Shown: positions 24,962-37,334 of the stretch, in pieces | Layout of the letters: every line of letters begins with the position of its first letter | Position numbering within the stretch: position 1 is the first letter of the stretch | DNA from: Octopus sinensis | Lineage: Eukaryota | Direction: 5' to 3' | NCBI RefSeq assembly: GCF_006345805.1 | Contig: NC_043005.1 | Location: forward strand, 88,722,001-88,786,000 | DNA length: 64,000 bases | The notes under the pieces: model-generated | The model's input: the letters and a program-made list of their open reading frames with translations, nothing else | Told to the model about the DNA's origin: nothing | Databases searched by the model: none | Made by a program: the position numbers and the translations under genes

Positions 24962-27900
24962 TATATATATAACTTGTTTGTTGTTCATACACCTGTCTTC
25001 ATTTTGTTTTTCTGTAAATTTCAAACTGTATAGGTGACCCCTTGCTGAGTCTTCTCTCATTATGCTATACGAACACTTAATGTGGTCTTAGTGTCAGATC
25101 CTGGCTGCTATTTTCAGCATGGCGGTATCTCGTAGATACCCTAAGTTATAACTTTAATAAAAATTATTACCTCTGAGGATTTTATTTCCATGCTGGCCAC
25201 TTGATAAGATCGTTATTTAATTTAAATTAACCATCTTATCCTTCACCGAGCATCTGCGGGATGTTCGTCTATTTTCCAATTCTCCCGTCGCACGGCACTT
25301 CCGCTCAGCCAGCCATTCCCCCGTGACATCTCGGTGTTTGGTCTTGCCCCACACAACGGCTCTCCCCAATCTAGGCTTCACTTGCAGCAACGGTTCATAT
25401 TCCTTCCACTTCTCTCCCCGCATCTTTTATTTTTTATTTTTTATTTTTTGTTTATTAATTATTATTTATTTTTAATTTTTTTAATTTTTATAATTGTCCT
25501 TATGCAGTCACACACACACATACTCACGTACCCACGAACACACCTACTCCCAACACACCACACACACACACAACGTACATGCATTATGTACGCACACATA
25601 CTTCCACACCAATACACACACCACACACCCCCACGTGCACACACACCACATGCCCGTGCACACACACACCAGGGACACTACTCATTACAGATACGCACAT
25701 CCTATAAACACCTAGCTGGGACGCACAGATACACGCACATGTACCTTACGCCCACACAACTCCAACCCCCCCCCACACGTATACATTCACACACACCATA
25801 CATACGTACACACACATAATACATACATAGATACATTCATACATACATACATACATACACACACACGCACAATACATACATACATATCATACATTACTAC
25901 ATTCATAATACATACATACATTACATCATTATATACATACACACACATACATACATACACACACATACATACACACAAAAAATACATACACACACACATA
26001 CATACACATATGGACACATACATACATTCACACACACACATACATACACACATACATACATACACACACATACATATACATACACGCATACATACACACA
26101 CACATACCCACCCACACACGCACGCACACATACATACACACACATACATACATGCATACATACACACACATACACACACATACATACATACATACATACA
26201 TACAACACACATACATACACAGATGCACACATACACACATACATACACACACACATACACACATGCATATATGCATACACACATACATACATATACATAC
26301 ATACACACACATACATATACACATACGTACACACACGCACATCCAACATACACCGCCATGCACACAACATACATATATAACATACATACACACACACACT
26401 ACACACACACATACCTACCACCCATACATACACACACACTTACATACTATACATACACAACAATACATACACACACACATACACACATACATACATACAT
26501 ACATACATAGACACATATATACATACACACACACATACATATACATACATACAGACACACACATGCACACATACACGCATGCACACATACATACATACAC
26601 ACACACATACTATACACACATACATACGTACATATACATACATACATACACACACGCGTACATATACATACATACATACATACACATACACACACACACT
26701 TACACACATACACCCATCCATACATACATACACACACAAACATACACACTTACACACATACACACACACATACACACACGCATACACACATACATACATA
26801 TATACACACATACAAACACACATACATACATAGATACATACATACACAAACATACATATTACAACATACACACACATACAACACACACATACACACACAC
26901 GCACGCACACATAATACACACACATACATACACACACACGTACATACATACATACATACACACAAACTTACACACATAACAACATACATAATACACACAT
27001 ACACACACATACATACATGCGCACATACATACACACAATATACATACATACACACACATACGCCACATATATATACATACATACAAAACACAACACATGC
27101 ACACATACACGCATGCCCACATACATACATACACACACCCATACATACTACATACATAAATACATACATACACACACATACTAAACATACATATGTACAC
27201 ACACGCACATACACACATACACGCATGCAAAAATACATACATACACAATACGTACATACATACATACACACACACATACATACATACATACGTACGTACA
27301 TACATACATACACACACACATACACACACACACATACAGACATACATACACACATACAGACACACCTACACATACATACATACACACACGCATATATATA
27401 CAAATACATACACATACACACACATACACAATACATACACACACACATATAAACACACATATAAGCCCCTACATTGTACACACACGCACACATATATACA
27501 TACATTCACTCGCACGCACGTACACACACACGCCACACACACACACACATTTACATATATATATATATACTATACACTCACACACACATACACGCGTACA
27601 AACACACACAAACTCAACATACACACCGAAGATATACATACACAATATACACCTACCCGCGCACGCACACAACACCACAAACACATACAAACGCACACAT
27701 ACACGCACATACATACACTCTCACACAAATGAACCCACATATACATCCCCCTACACACACACACGCACGTACAAGCACACACGTACTAGGTTCCGCCACA
27801 CACCCACACTCTACGCATACACACACGAACACACACATGCACACACACACACACACTACAAACAACACACACACTATGATGTTTTTTGACCTGGCTTTGA

Positions 27901-28455
27901 CCTAGCTTGACACAAACAGCTAGCAGTCATCACCACAGCTGGCTTTGTCATTACCTCTATTCACCAAAAATACACAACACACACGCCACGCAAACACATA
28001 GTCATCTTGCACACACACACAAACACACACAGGCATTCCCTTTTTTGGAACTCTCTTGCATTATAAAAACAGTTTTCAACTACCTCCAAATTCTGTTCTT
28101 TTCAACATGTGATCTCTTAAGCACACCAGCTCAATATTGTCTCCTCTGTCTTCCCTCTTGGGATCTTTCCTTCTCCTTGTTTCCGACGAAGAACTCCGCT
28201 CGAACGTTAAACCCTCCTTCCCTTCTTTCCTGAGCGTCAATAATACTTTAATGTTCCACGTCCTGCGTTGCTGTGTTTTTTCTCTTTTTCTCTTTTTTTC
28301 TGTGTTTTCTTGTTGGATTAACCTTATATATATATAATATATATATATATATTATATATATATATATATATAATATATATATATATTATATATATATATA
28401 TATATATAATATATGTATGTATGTATGTACGTACGTATGTATGTATGTATGTATG

Positions 28456-28487
<32 letters not shown>

Positions 28488-29335
28488 TGCATGTGTGTAT
28501 GTATGTAGAAAAGCTGAAGCGTTATCTCTCTTCAACGCTGCCGTGAGCGCTACATCATCTACCTGATGTGGAAAATATTTAATCACCATTGTCCAAATGA
28601 TGTTGGCATCTCCTTTAAGACACACCCAAGAACTTGGGGCCCGTGCTCTCCGCCCACGACATAAATCATATTCGCATCACAAACAACAATATGGCACAAT
28701 TATTTCATCTCAATTGGCCCGCTCCGTTTTTAAAATAACACCAAAACCACATTAAAGCAGAAACAGATCCCATAAAGTTCAAGAAGTCTTTGAGCAAATT
28801 CCTTCAAGAACTCTTGGATAAACCTCCTGCACTCGGATATGTCTCTGTAAACAATAACTCTCTACTCGAGTGGGCCATATTGTCCGACTTCTGATTTAAA
28901 TGACTTCGCCAGGTGGTGCTATTAAGTCAGATATGGCCTGGGCCAATACAGGCCAAAACCTATCAAAGTATATATATAGTAACTTCTATGCTGGATTGAA
29001 GAAAGTATGATCTTTGTTTATCCTGACTTTTTGGAGATTTTAGGTATAATTATACAAATGTATCCATCTCTTCTAATTTAATTAAATTCTATGACTTTGT
29101 GGAGCTGAAGATTGCTCTGCATTTTTTAATTGATATAATGATTTCATTGTTCAATTAAATGCAGTTGCATGAAACGATCGTACCTCTGGATATATCCTTG
29201 TTGCTTAGTTTGATTATATAATATTATATATATATATATTATATATATAATATATACAGAGTGTCCTAAATATAAGGCAACTAACTTTTTTCAATTTTGC
29301 CAAAGCAAAATATAGTTAAATTCCTGGGTCCGAGC
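20498..29335. repeat. Large inverted duplication (left arm ~20498-24580, right arm ~26645-29335)
   Basis: Paired anchors: 20498-20580/29255-29335, 21035-21740/28500-29215, 22905-23500/27780-28325, 24510-24580/26645-26720. Confidence 0.9.
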
Positions 29336-29486
29336 ATTGCAATGCAATGGTAAATGAAACACCACAAATATGACACTACTATATTTGTTCGATACTAGCA
29401 GAAATACCTGGTGTCGACTCAGACAATTAACAATAACATCACAAAGTCATTTATCTTGTGAAATTTTGGACTAAGAGCATTTGTAG

Positions 29487-30097
29487 ACCTTTCTCATCCA
29501 CGTGATCCCAATCGTCCTCCTGAAATCGTAACTCCATCGTCGTGGAGGCCTTCCGGGAGGTCGTTTCCGCTCGCGCGGGTACCACTCGACAAGTGCGCGG
29601 GTCCACCGATTATCCGTGAGCCGGACGACGTGTCCAGCCCATCTAAACTTGCTGCGTGTATACACTGCGATGACATCCCTCACGCCGGACTTCTTTCTGA
29701 TGATCTCGCTACTGATGTGCTCTCTCAACGAGATACCAAGCATTGACAATTCCATCAAAAGCTCTGCAGTAGGTCTCAAGAAGAACCGCATGAAAACGAA
29801 GTTCATGCGGTCAGACAACGTACCAACAGGTCAAATGGTGATCGGCAGTGATGAAATAGAGGAGGTAAAGGAATATGTCTACCTGGGACAGGAGGTGAAT
29901 ATGTGCCGAGGTATCGAAAAGGAGATCTCACGGAGAGTAAGGGCGGATGGAAGGCGTTTAATGGCATAAGAGATGTGCTCAAGGGAAGGTTGGACAGGAC
30001 CACCCGCGCCAACCTCATCAACAGTACAGTTCTACCTGCAATGTTATATGGTAGTGAAACATGGGCTGCCATAAAGAGAGAAGAGCAGAGACTAGTA
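29487..30097. mobile_element. RTE-clade LINE fragment with an inverted 5' part
   Basis: The plus strand 29757-30097 encodes VGLK..MKTKFM...YVYLGQ...LYGSETW...EEQRLV. The minus strand 29756-29487 encodes the next segment, MELSMLGISLREHI...RWAGHVVR...GRPPRRW. Confidence 0.85.
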
Positions 30098-30114
30098 ATA
30101 TATATATATATATT

Positions 30115-30156
<42 letters not shown>

Positions 30157-30411
30157 TATGAATATTTGTATTGCAAAAACAATAAGTAGGTGTAAACACA
30201 TGAACAAAATAAATAAAACATATTACACGAACGGGTATAAACAGGAGACACAAATATTACAGACTCTCCCCCAGCACACACACTAACTAAACATAGACAA
30301 ACATAGAGGTATACACTTGTGCAAATAAAGACACATACAATAGGAATACAAAATACAAAATGGCTGACCGTTAGTAAGGAGAGACACACAAATAAGAAAG
30401 AAGACAGCAAA

Positions 30412-30461
30412 GGACCACTGATGAGGTCACATGAGTGTGACGAAAGAACTCTGGCCGAAAC
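30412..30461 (+). ncRNA. Candidate type I hammerhead ribozyme motif with an intact core
   Basis: ggacca-CTGATGA-g-GTCACA-tgag-TGTGAC-GAA-agaact-C-tggcc. Confidence 0.45.
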
Positions 30462-31470
30462 AAGATTAAGATTAATGTAAAAAATAAATAAAGCTGATGC
30501 AAATTAACTCCAAATATATAGTGAGTGTGTTTTTATTGGCTAAACTGGCAACATGACCATTTCTAAATACAACAATATATATACGACGGCGTTCTTTTAG
30601 TTTCCATCTACCGAATCCACACAACCATGCCTGCGCTATGTAATATATAAACAAATGGCAACGGATGGATAATAATTCATTCACTATACCTGTTTCCAAT
30701 AAGTCTTTTTTTTTTACTGAAGAATAGAGATATTACATCATGCGTAAATCCGTTTTTATCTGGTGAATATACACGAATATTTGAAAAACACGTTCCAAAT
30801 ATCACTTTATGATCCCTTGACCAACACTGGTCAAAAGAATGAATTCTCTTGTGCAATTAATACTTAATATAGGAAAAACATTACAGCGGCATGAAGTGGT
30901 GGGGAGAGCATTTACAGCAGAAGGAAGGTTAGAGGAAAGGGTATAATATTATTCGGTTTACCTTCTAAAAGACAAAGCCATTTTATTTTATCTTTAAGAG
31001 ACAGTGTTCTAGACAATGGACTTTAAAAGATAATGAGAGAGGTGAATGGGAGAGGATACAAAATAGGGGCTAGCAATTTAAGGGGAGGCGATAAGGCAAT
31101 TACATTGATCCTAGTGTTAAACTGCTACCCGCGAAAGGATGAAAGGATAAGTCGACCCAGCAGCATTTGAACCTAGAAACCCTGCTAAGTATTTTGCTCA
31201 TCACAGTAACGATTCCGCCAGCTCATCTTCTTAACGCTCTCAAATATTTGAACCAAATTCCCGTTACTGCTTTAAATATAATATACAAAATGAACATCTC
31301 AAGAAAATAGGGTTAATAGTTTCAGTCATTGGACTGCGGCCATGCTGCCGCACCACCTTGAAGGGTTTTAGATGAACAAATCGACCCCATCACTAATTTT
31401 TAAAGTCTGGAGGTCTCTTTTGCCAAACTACTAAGTAATGGGGAAGGCAAACACACAGACGACCATATTC

Positions 31471-31609
31471 GATGCAATCGATAAATGAACCTCATAGGAT
31501 CAGCATGCAAAGGAAACCCTTCATCACAGAGCTGGAGAAAAACACAACTATTTGACGGAGGTATTTGCTTTGCATGCTGGTCCTATGAGGTTCATCTACC
31601 GACTGCATT
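31471..31609. other. 42-bp inverted repeat / long hairpin with a 55-nt loop
   Basis: Arms 31471-31512 and 31568-31609; on the plus strand, 37 Watson-Crick pairs, 2 G-U pairs and 3 A-C mismatches. Confidence 0.85.
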
Positions 31610-32234
31610 CACAGTATGACATCTGTAACGAATGAAACAAAGGATTACCGAATCAAAGTTCGTGTTTTCCCTCTCTTACTGTTGCTTTGCTGTTTGTGTT
31701 ACATTACAGGCCATCTTTGAACTGCCGAGGACCTGTGTGTACGTGTGATGGTGGGTGTTTAACGGGATCAAACTTTGAGCTGAAACCTGAATGGCGTGAC
31801 TATCACACGTTGAATACATCCAATCCCCCTACAAACATACATGCATTCACCCACTTACGCATACATGGCGAATAAATAATACAACAGAATTTTCCAATTC
31901 CTGTTTTGTTATTGTTACTCAGCAAAAAATATTTCCCAGTATTTCAAATGTTATGCATACCACACACAAATATAACAGTTACGTGCGGATTTGGATTACT
32001 GAAATAAGGGGGTCTGCTTCAATATTACACAGCTTGGATTTTAACCTTATTTGCATGATGCATGCATACACACACAAACACGCGTACACACACACACGTA
32101 CAAATACACACACACACATATGTACTAGTGGAGTACCCCATCGTTGCCAGGAAATTTCCTCAATAGAATGCTTCGAGATTTTGTCTAGTTTTTGTTTTTC
32201 ATTTAAGCTTATGTATATATAATGATATAAATGT

Positions 32235-32277
<43 letters not shown>

Positions 32278-32921
32278 TCTCTCTCTCACACACAAAATCA
32301 AACACACAGACACTAATTTTCCCCTTACTACTACGTATATTTGACGTATGTCTCTCTCCCACACACACAATCACACACACAGACACAAATGCAGTTGTAT
32401 ACACACACATGTACACACACAAACACTCGCACTCATTAACACAAGCGCACACCTACACATCTCCATACAGCAAACATACTGTCCCCTACCTATTTCTACT
32501 TCCTCCGTCTATCCATTTTTGACGTCAATGCTTATAACGGATTTTTTAAAAAAACACTCATTATCGCTGTGATCACCATGTAGGCAATCATCGAAATTTT
32601 TGTTCGTCTTGTGGTTGAGAGAGGCTCCTTATCTTTCCTGATGAGAAGATTGCATAATGCACCCTTTATTCCTTCGGAATAAAAATATGCTGTCTTCGAA
32701 ACATATGTCGAGAGTAAAGGAATTTTGTTAACATCTTCGTTCGACTCCATTCTTTCATTCATTCATATACAACACACAAATTTCTACACAAGAACCCGGA
32801 GTTTCTACCCTTGACAGGTCGCTTCAACCGTGTTTTCTGACGTGAATTTGCTACCCAGGTTTCGGTTAAACGAATTTTCCATGCTGACGATAAACATAGG
32901 ATAATTCATTCACCTACATAA

Positions 32922-32975
<54 letters not shown>

Positions 32976-33059
32976 TGTGTGTGTGTGTGGTGTGTGTGTG
33001 TGTGTGTGTGTAACACTATATTAGTATTTAATTGAACGCCACGCATCCATTTCCAAGTA

Positions 33060-33098
<39 letters not shown>

Positions 33099-33204
33099 GA
33101 AGCCAAACAAAATTCTGCTGAGTATTTTACCCTGTATGCTAATCACTTTGCATCTCAAAGTAACAACATTACCCATTATCACTGGGGCACTTATAATGAC
33201 ATCA

Positions 33205-33545
33205 AGAGGAGCACAACAAATATGGGGACCAAATACCTGACAACCCCAAAATAAATGAATTGCAAAAGATCCTACTTATGGCCACCTCACATATTCTATG
33301 TAAATTCCTTTCCATGTAAATGCAACTTTACACATTCAGTATGTACTTTTTGACTCCCTACAAACATCAGTGTTTTCAATTGCATGGCACCTCACCTGTT
33401 AGCCATCTTTGGATGCAAAACCTTGTTGCTTCTTGGGTACAACTTGTATGAATTAAAGCAAGGCCACATTTGGTAAGAAAGGGAAACAAAGCCACACTCA
33501 GCAAGAAACGGGAAGAAAATTGAAAGAAGAAAAAATAACAACAAC
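33205..33545 (+). mobile_element. Diverged Dong/R4-like LINE 3' end
   Basis: ELQKILLMATSHILCKFLSM* parallels the end of ORF 64-300; followed by (ACA)/(ACT)/(AAT)n. Confidence 0.6.
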
Positions 33546-33562
33546 AACCACAATAATCATAA

Positions 33563-33606
<44 letters not shown>

Positions 33607-33629
33607 ATAATAATAATAATAATAATGAT

Positions 33630-33956
33630 GCTGAAACCCTCTTTGGTCATGACTGACCATAGGATTGCATCCAGAAAGTTACCTTCCTAGTCACAAGTCC
33701 AGGCAAGGTTGTTTATGGAGGACCAGCAGTCGCCCATGCATACCGGCCTCCCTGCTCCACGCCACCAGTGTTATCCAAGGGAAAGGCAAAGGCCAATACA
33801 GCTTAGCACCTGTGATGCCACAACTCATTTCTACAGCCAAGTGAACTGGAGCAACGTAAAATAAAGTGTCTTGCTCAAGAACACAACACGCAGCCCGGTC
33901 TGAGAGTCGAACTCACAACATCATGATCGTAAGTTTGACGCTCTAACCACTGAGCC

Positions 33957-33958
<2 letters not shown>
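33630..33958 (-). mobile_element. tRNA-derived SINE (family D-type head, different body)
   Basis: Head tggctcagtggttagagcg...tgagttcgac; a homologous longer copy lies at 47380-47832(-). Confidence 0.8.
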
Positions 33959-33998
<40 letters not shown>

Positions 33999-34191
33999 CC
34001 TTTCACCTATAGGCACAAGGCCTGGATTTTGTAGGGAGGGGGACAGTCACTCACACTGACTCCAGAACTTCACTGGTACTTAATTTATTGACCCCAAAAG
34101 GATGAAAGGCAAAGTCAACCGTGGTGGAACATAAAGATGGACGAAAGCATTTTGCTCGTCATGCTAACAATTCTGCCAGCTCATCACCTTC

Positions 34192-34238
<47 letters not shown>

Positions 34239-35154
34239 TTTTTTTAAATGAACGAACTATTGAGTTTGGTTTAATGGCCTACCAATGTATACTATGAGTT
34301 TCTTTGCCCTAGGAGTCGGGAAGACACTCGGCAAGAAATGGAAGCAAGTTTGAAAGAAGAAAAAAAAAAGTAATAATAATAATAAATCTTTCTATTATAG
34401 GCACAAGGCCAGAAAGTTTGTGGTGAGTGGTTAGTCAATTTCATCGCCCTCAGTGCTTGGTTGGTACTTATTTCTTTGAGCCCCAAAAGGTTGAAAGGAA
34501 AAGTCGACCCCAGCAGAATTTGAACTCAGAATATAAAGTCAGTGGAAACATTGCTAAGCATGCTAACAATTCTGCCAGCTTGCCTCCTTAATAATATGAT
34601 GTTGATAGTGATGATGATGAGGAGGAGGAAGAAGAGGGGGAAGGAGGGGAGGGGGGAACTCAAAGCTGATAAGCATTAAAAAATATAATCAAATAAATAA
34701 AAGCAGACACCAGTTTAGTAAGTTTCAACGATCAAATAACAACTACACCAACAACAATAATCTCTCTGTAGTAAATTATAGTTGCGGTAATAATAAGTAG
34801 TGATGGTGAGGTGGTAGTGGTGATGGTGTTGCGTAGTAGTGGTAGTAGTAGAGATGTAGTGGTGGTGTGGTTATGGAGGTTGGTTTGCGATGAGGTGGTC
34901 TCGGTAATTTGGTGGGGGGGGGAGGAGAGGGGGTGATGGAGTTTACCACAGCTGCCCATTGGTTCATCATATCATGATAGACTAATTATTTGCTACAGCT
35001 GGTGGTGGTTATGATGGTGACAGTGGTGGAGATGGTGGTGAGAACACTACCGTTAACCATTGGTTCGTTATTTGATGATAGGGTCATTATTTGTGATAGC
35101 TGGTGGTTTGTGAAATGTCAGCAACGGGGAACCAGAGAACTGGTTGCTCTGTCA

Positions 35155-35187
<33 letters not shown>

Positions 35188-35687
35188 TGCACTCACACAG
35201 AGGCACACATACAAGTGCACATACACTTGTTCACACACACACTCACAAGCATAAACATACACTCACTCAGACAAAAGCATACATACACACACGCACACAC
35301 ACTCACACACGAACATACACACACACACAAAACATACACACATGTGCGTGCACACACACACAAGCATACACACACACATTCACACACACAAGCATACACA
35401 TGCACACTCACACACAAGCATACACACACACACACTCACACACAAGCATACACACACACTCTCACATACAGACACACTCACACAAACATACTCTTGTCTT
35501 GAGTAAAAATGAAGGTAGTTTGTTAGAGTTACTTGCTTGAAAACCAATCCATAAAGAGACATTAGTCATTAATCACTTTGATTAAAGTGAATGATTAACT
35601 GAATTATTAGGAACACTTCACAAGTCAATAGGTCCAGATATGGCACACCACCAAAATGTATATATTGCACATAATGACAAGCAGTGG

Positions 35688-36160
35688 TTAACCCTTTCAT
35701 TATCAGCCTGGCTGAAGCTGCCTCTGGCTCTAGAAAAAATGTCTTGTTTTCATAAGTTTTGAATTAAAATCTTCCACCAAACTTAAGTCACAATTCATGT
35801 TCCTAACACTAGCTTAATGATACCTAAGTTAGTTTACTAAATTCTTTGTTATGTTTAAAATTAGTTGAAAGAAACACAGAGCATCTCGACAGAAATATGG
35901 TAACAAAAGGGTTAAAGTCACCATGATATTTTTAACCCTTTCGATATTGATCTGGCTGAAACCACCTCCGACTCTGTAATATAAATGTCCTGTTTTCATA
36001 AGTTCTGAATTAAAATCTTCCACCAAACCTTAGCCACAATTAATGTTCCTAACACTAGCTTAATGATAACTAAGTTATTTTACTAAATTCTTTGTTATAT
36101 CTAAAATAACTGAAAGAAATACAGAACATCTCAACAGAAATACAGTAACGAAAGTGTTAA
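35688..36160 (+). mobile_element. Two tandem TTAA-flanked MITEs (piggyBac-type ends)
   Basis: TTAA-ccctttc...aaaaggg-TTAA (35688-35915) and TTAA-ccctttc...aaagtg-TTAA (35932-36160); the bodies are colinear. Confidence 0.8.
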
Positions 36161-37334
36161 TTGTAAGGGGTGTAGTGTTGCAGTCCAGTTATGCTGTGAA
36201 CTTGCTATTGTCCAGTCTGTTCCTGTATGTCTGTTGTTGTTGTTGAGTTGCCCCAATATCAGTCGTGATCAATCAGGCCCTATGGCACATGGGGAAGCCC
36301 TCAAGACACTACCTCCAAATCACTGTTCATCTGACAGAGGGTCACATCCTGACACACAGTGAGCAATCTTGCAAAATGTGGTGTGACATCTGGACATACA
36401 GCACTCTCACCACTCTCCACTGGTTTCTTTACACTTGCACATTCTGGTGGTGGCCAAAATGAAGATGACCAAGGTGGACTTGGAGTACCAAAGTTGCTGT
36501 CACTCTGCCTTTATTGTTACTGCTGGTCTTAGAGCCAGATGTTGCAGCTATGTCTCTGTGTTCCTTATGCTTTGAGTTGAGCGGAAGAGATAAAGCAGGG
36601 TGGTTTTAGGGTGGTACTTTGTAAAAATCCCCTGTGCTGGTACCACATAAAGAGCACCAAAGCTGTGTCACATATAAACACCCTTTACACTCTGTAAAGT
36701 GGAAGGGCATCCAGTTGTAGAAACCATGCCTAAACAGGCAACTGAGGCGTGGTGCAGCTCTCCAGCCTTGCCAGCTCCTGTTAACCCATCCAACACATGC
36801 CTGAATGGAAAATGGATGATGATGTTGCTGATGATGATGATGATACAGTAATGGTGATTGTAAGCATTGAAGTTTGCTGCAACAACACTAAGATTCTAGC
36901 ATGTCCAGACTTATGAGGTTTTTAGATTTCCTGATTGGTTTCTGCCTGTCTGGTGGCAGGAAGGAGGTCACCATTGTGGTCTCGGCCAAATGTACATGGC
37001 TTTGTTTTGTGTTCCCATCTTCTTCCTGCCATTTTTTGGTCATTGATTTTCAAGAAATATGTGACAAAGGTATTTGGTGTCACAGAGTAAAAACATTACT
37101 TGAGGTTACCATAGTAACATTGATTGTCAATGTTGTTATGTCACCATTAATGTTGTTGTTGATCATCATCATCATCATAATCATCGTTTTAATGTCCACT
37201 TTTCCATGCTTGCATGGGTCAGACAGAATTTGCCAAGGCAAATTTTCTACTGTCGGATACCATTCCTGTTGCGAACCCCTATTTGTTTCCCAAGTAGGTA
37301 ATATTCCCCATGACCAGACATTGTTGTTGTAACT

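Noticed and set aside
24581-26645. Sequencing adapter at the centre of the large inversion
   Set aside because: I could not find a recognisable adapter sequence, so the artefact interpretation rests on the error pattern only.
23358-27905. Many long ORFs rich in H/T/Y/I or C/V/M (up to 275 aa), and similar ones at 760-1092, 11480-12053, 34990-35562, 40259-40785 and 56367-56720
   Set aside because: They are translations of (CA)/(CATA)/(TA) microsatellites that lack stop codons by composition.
31710-31875. Acceptor-like site plus open frame as SLC22 exon 2
   Set aside because: The phase-2 join gives R-P-S-L-N-C rather than the conserved R-C, there is no SLC22 loop motif and no convincing donor.
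32532-32762. Minus-strand 76-aa ORF with a hydrophobic C-terminal stretch
   Set aside because: No family match or clear splice donor; the length is within chance expectation.
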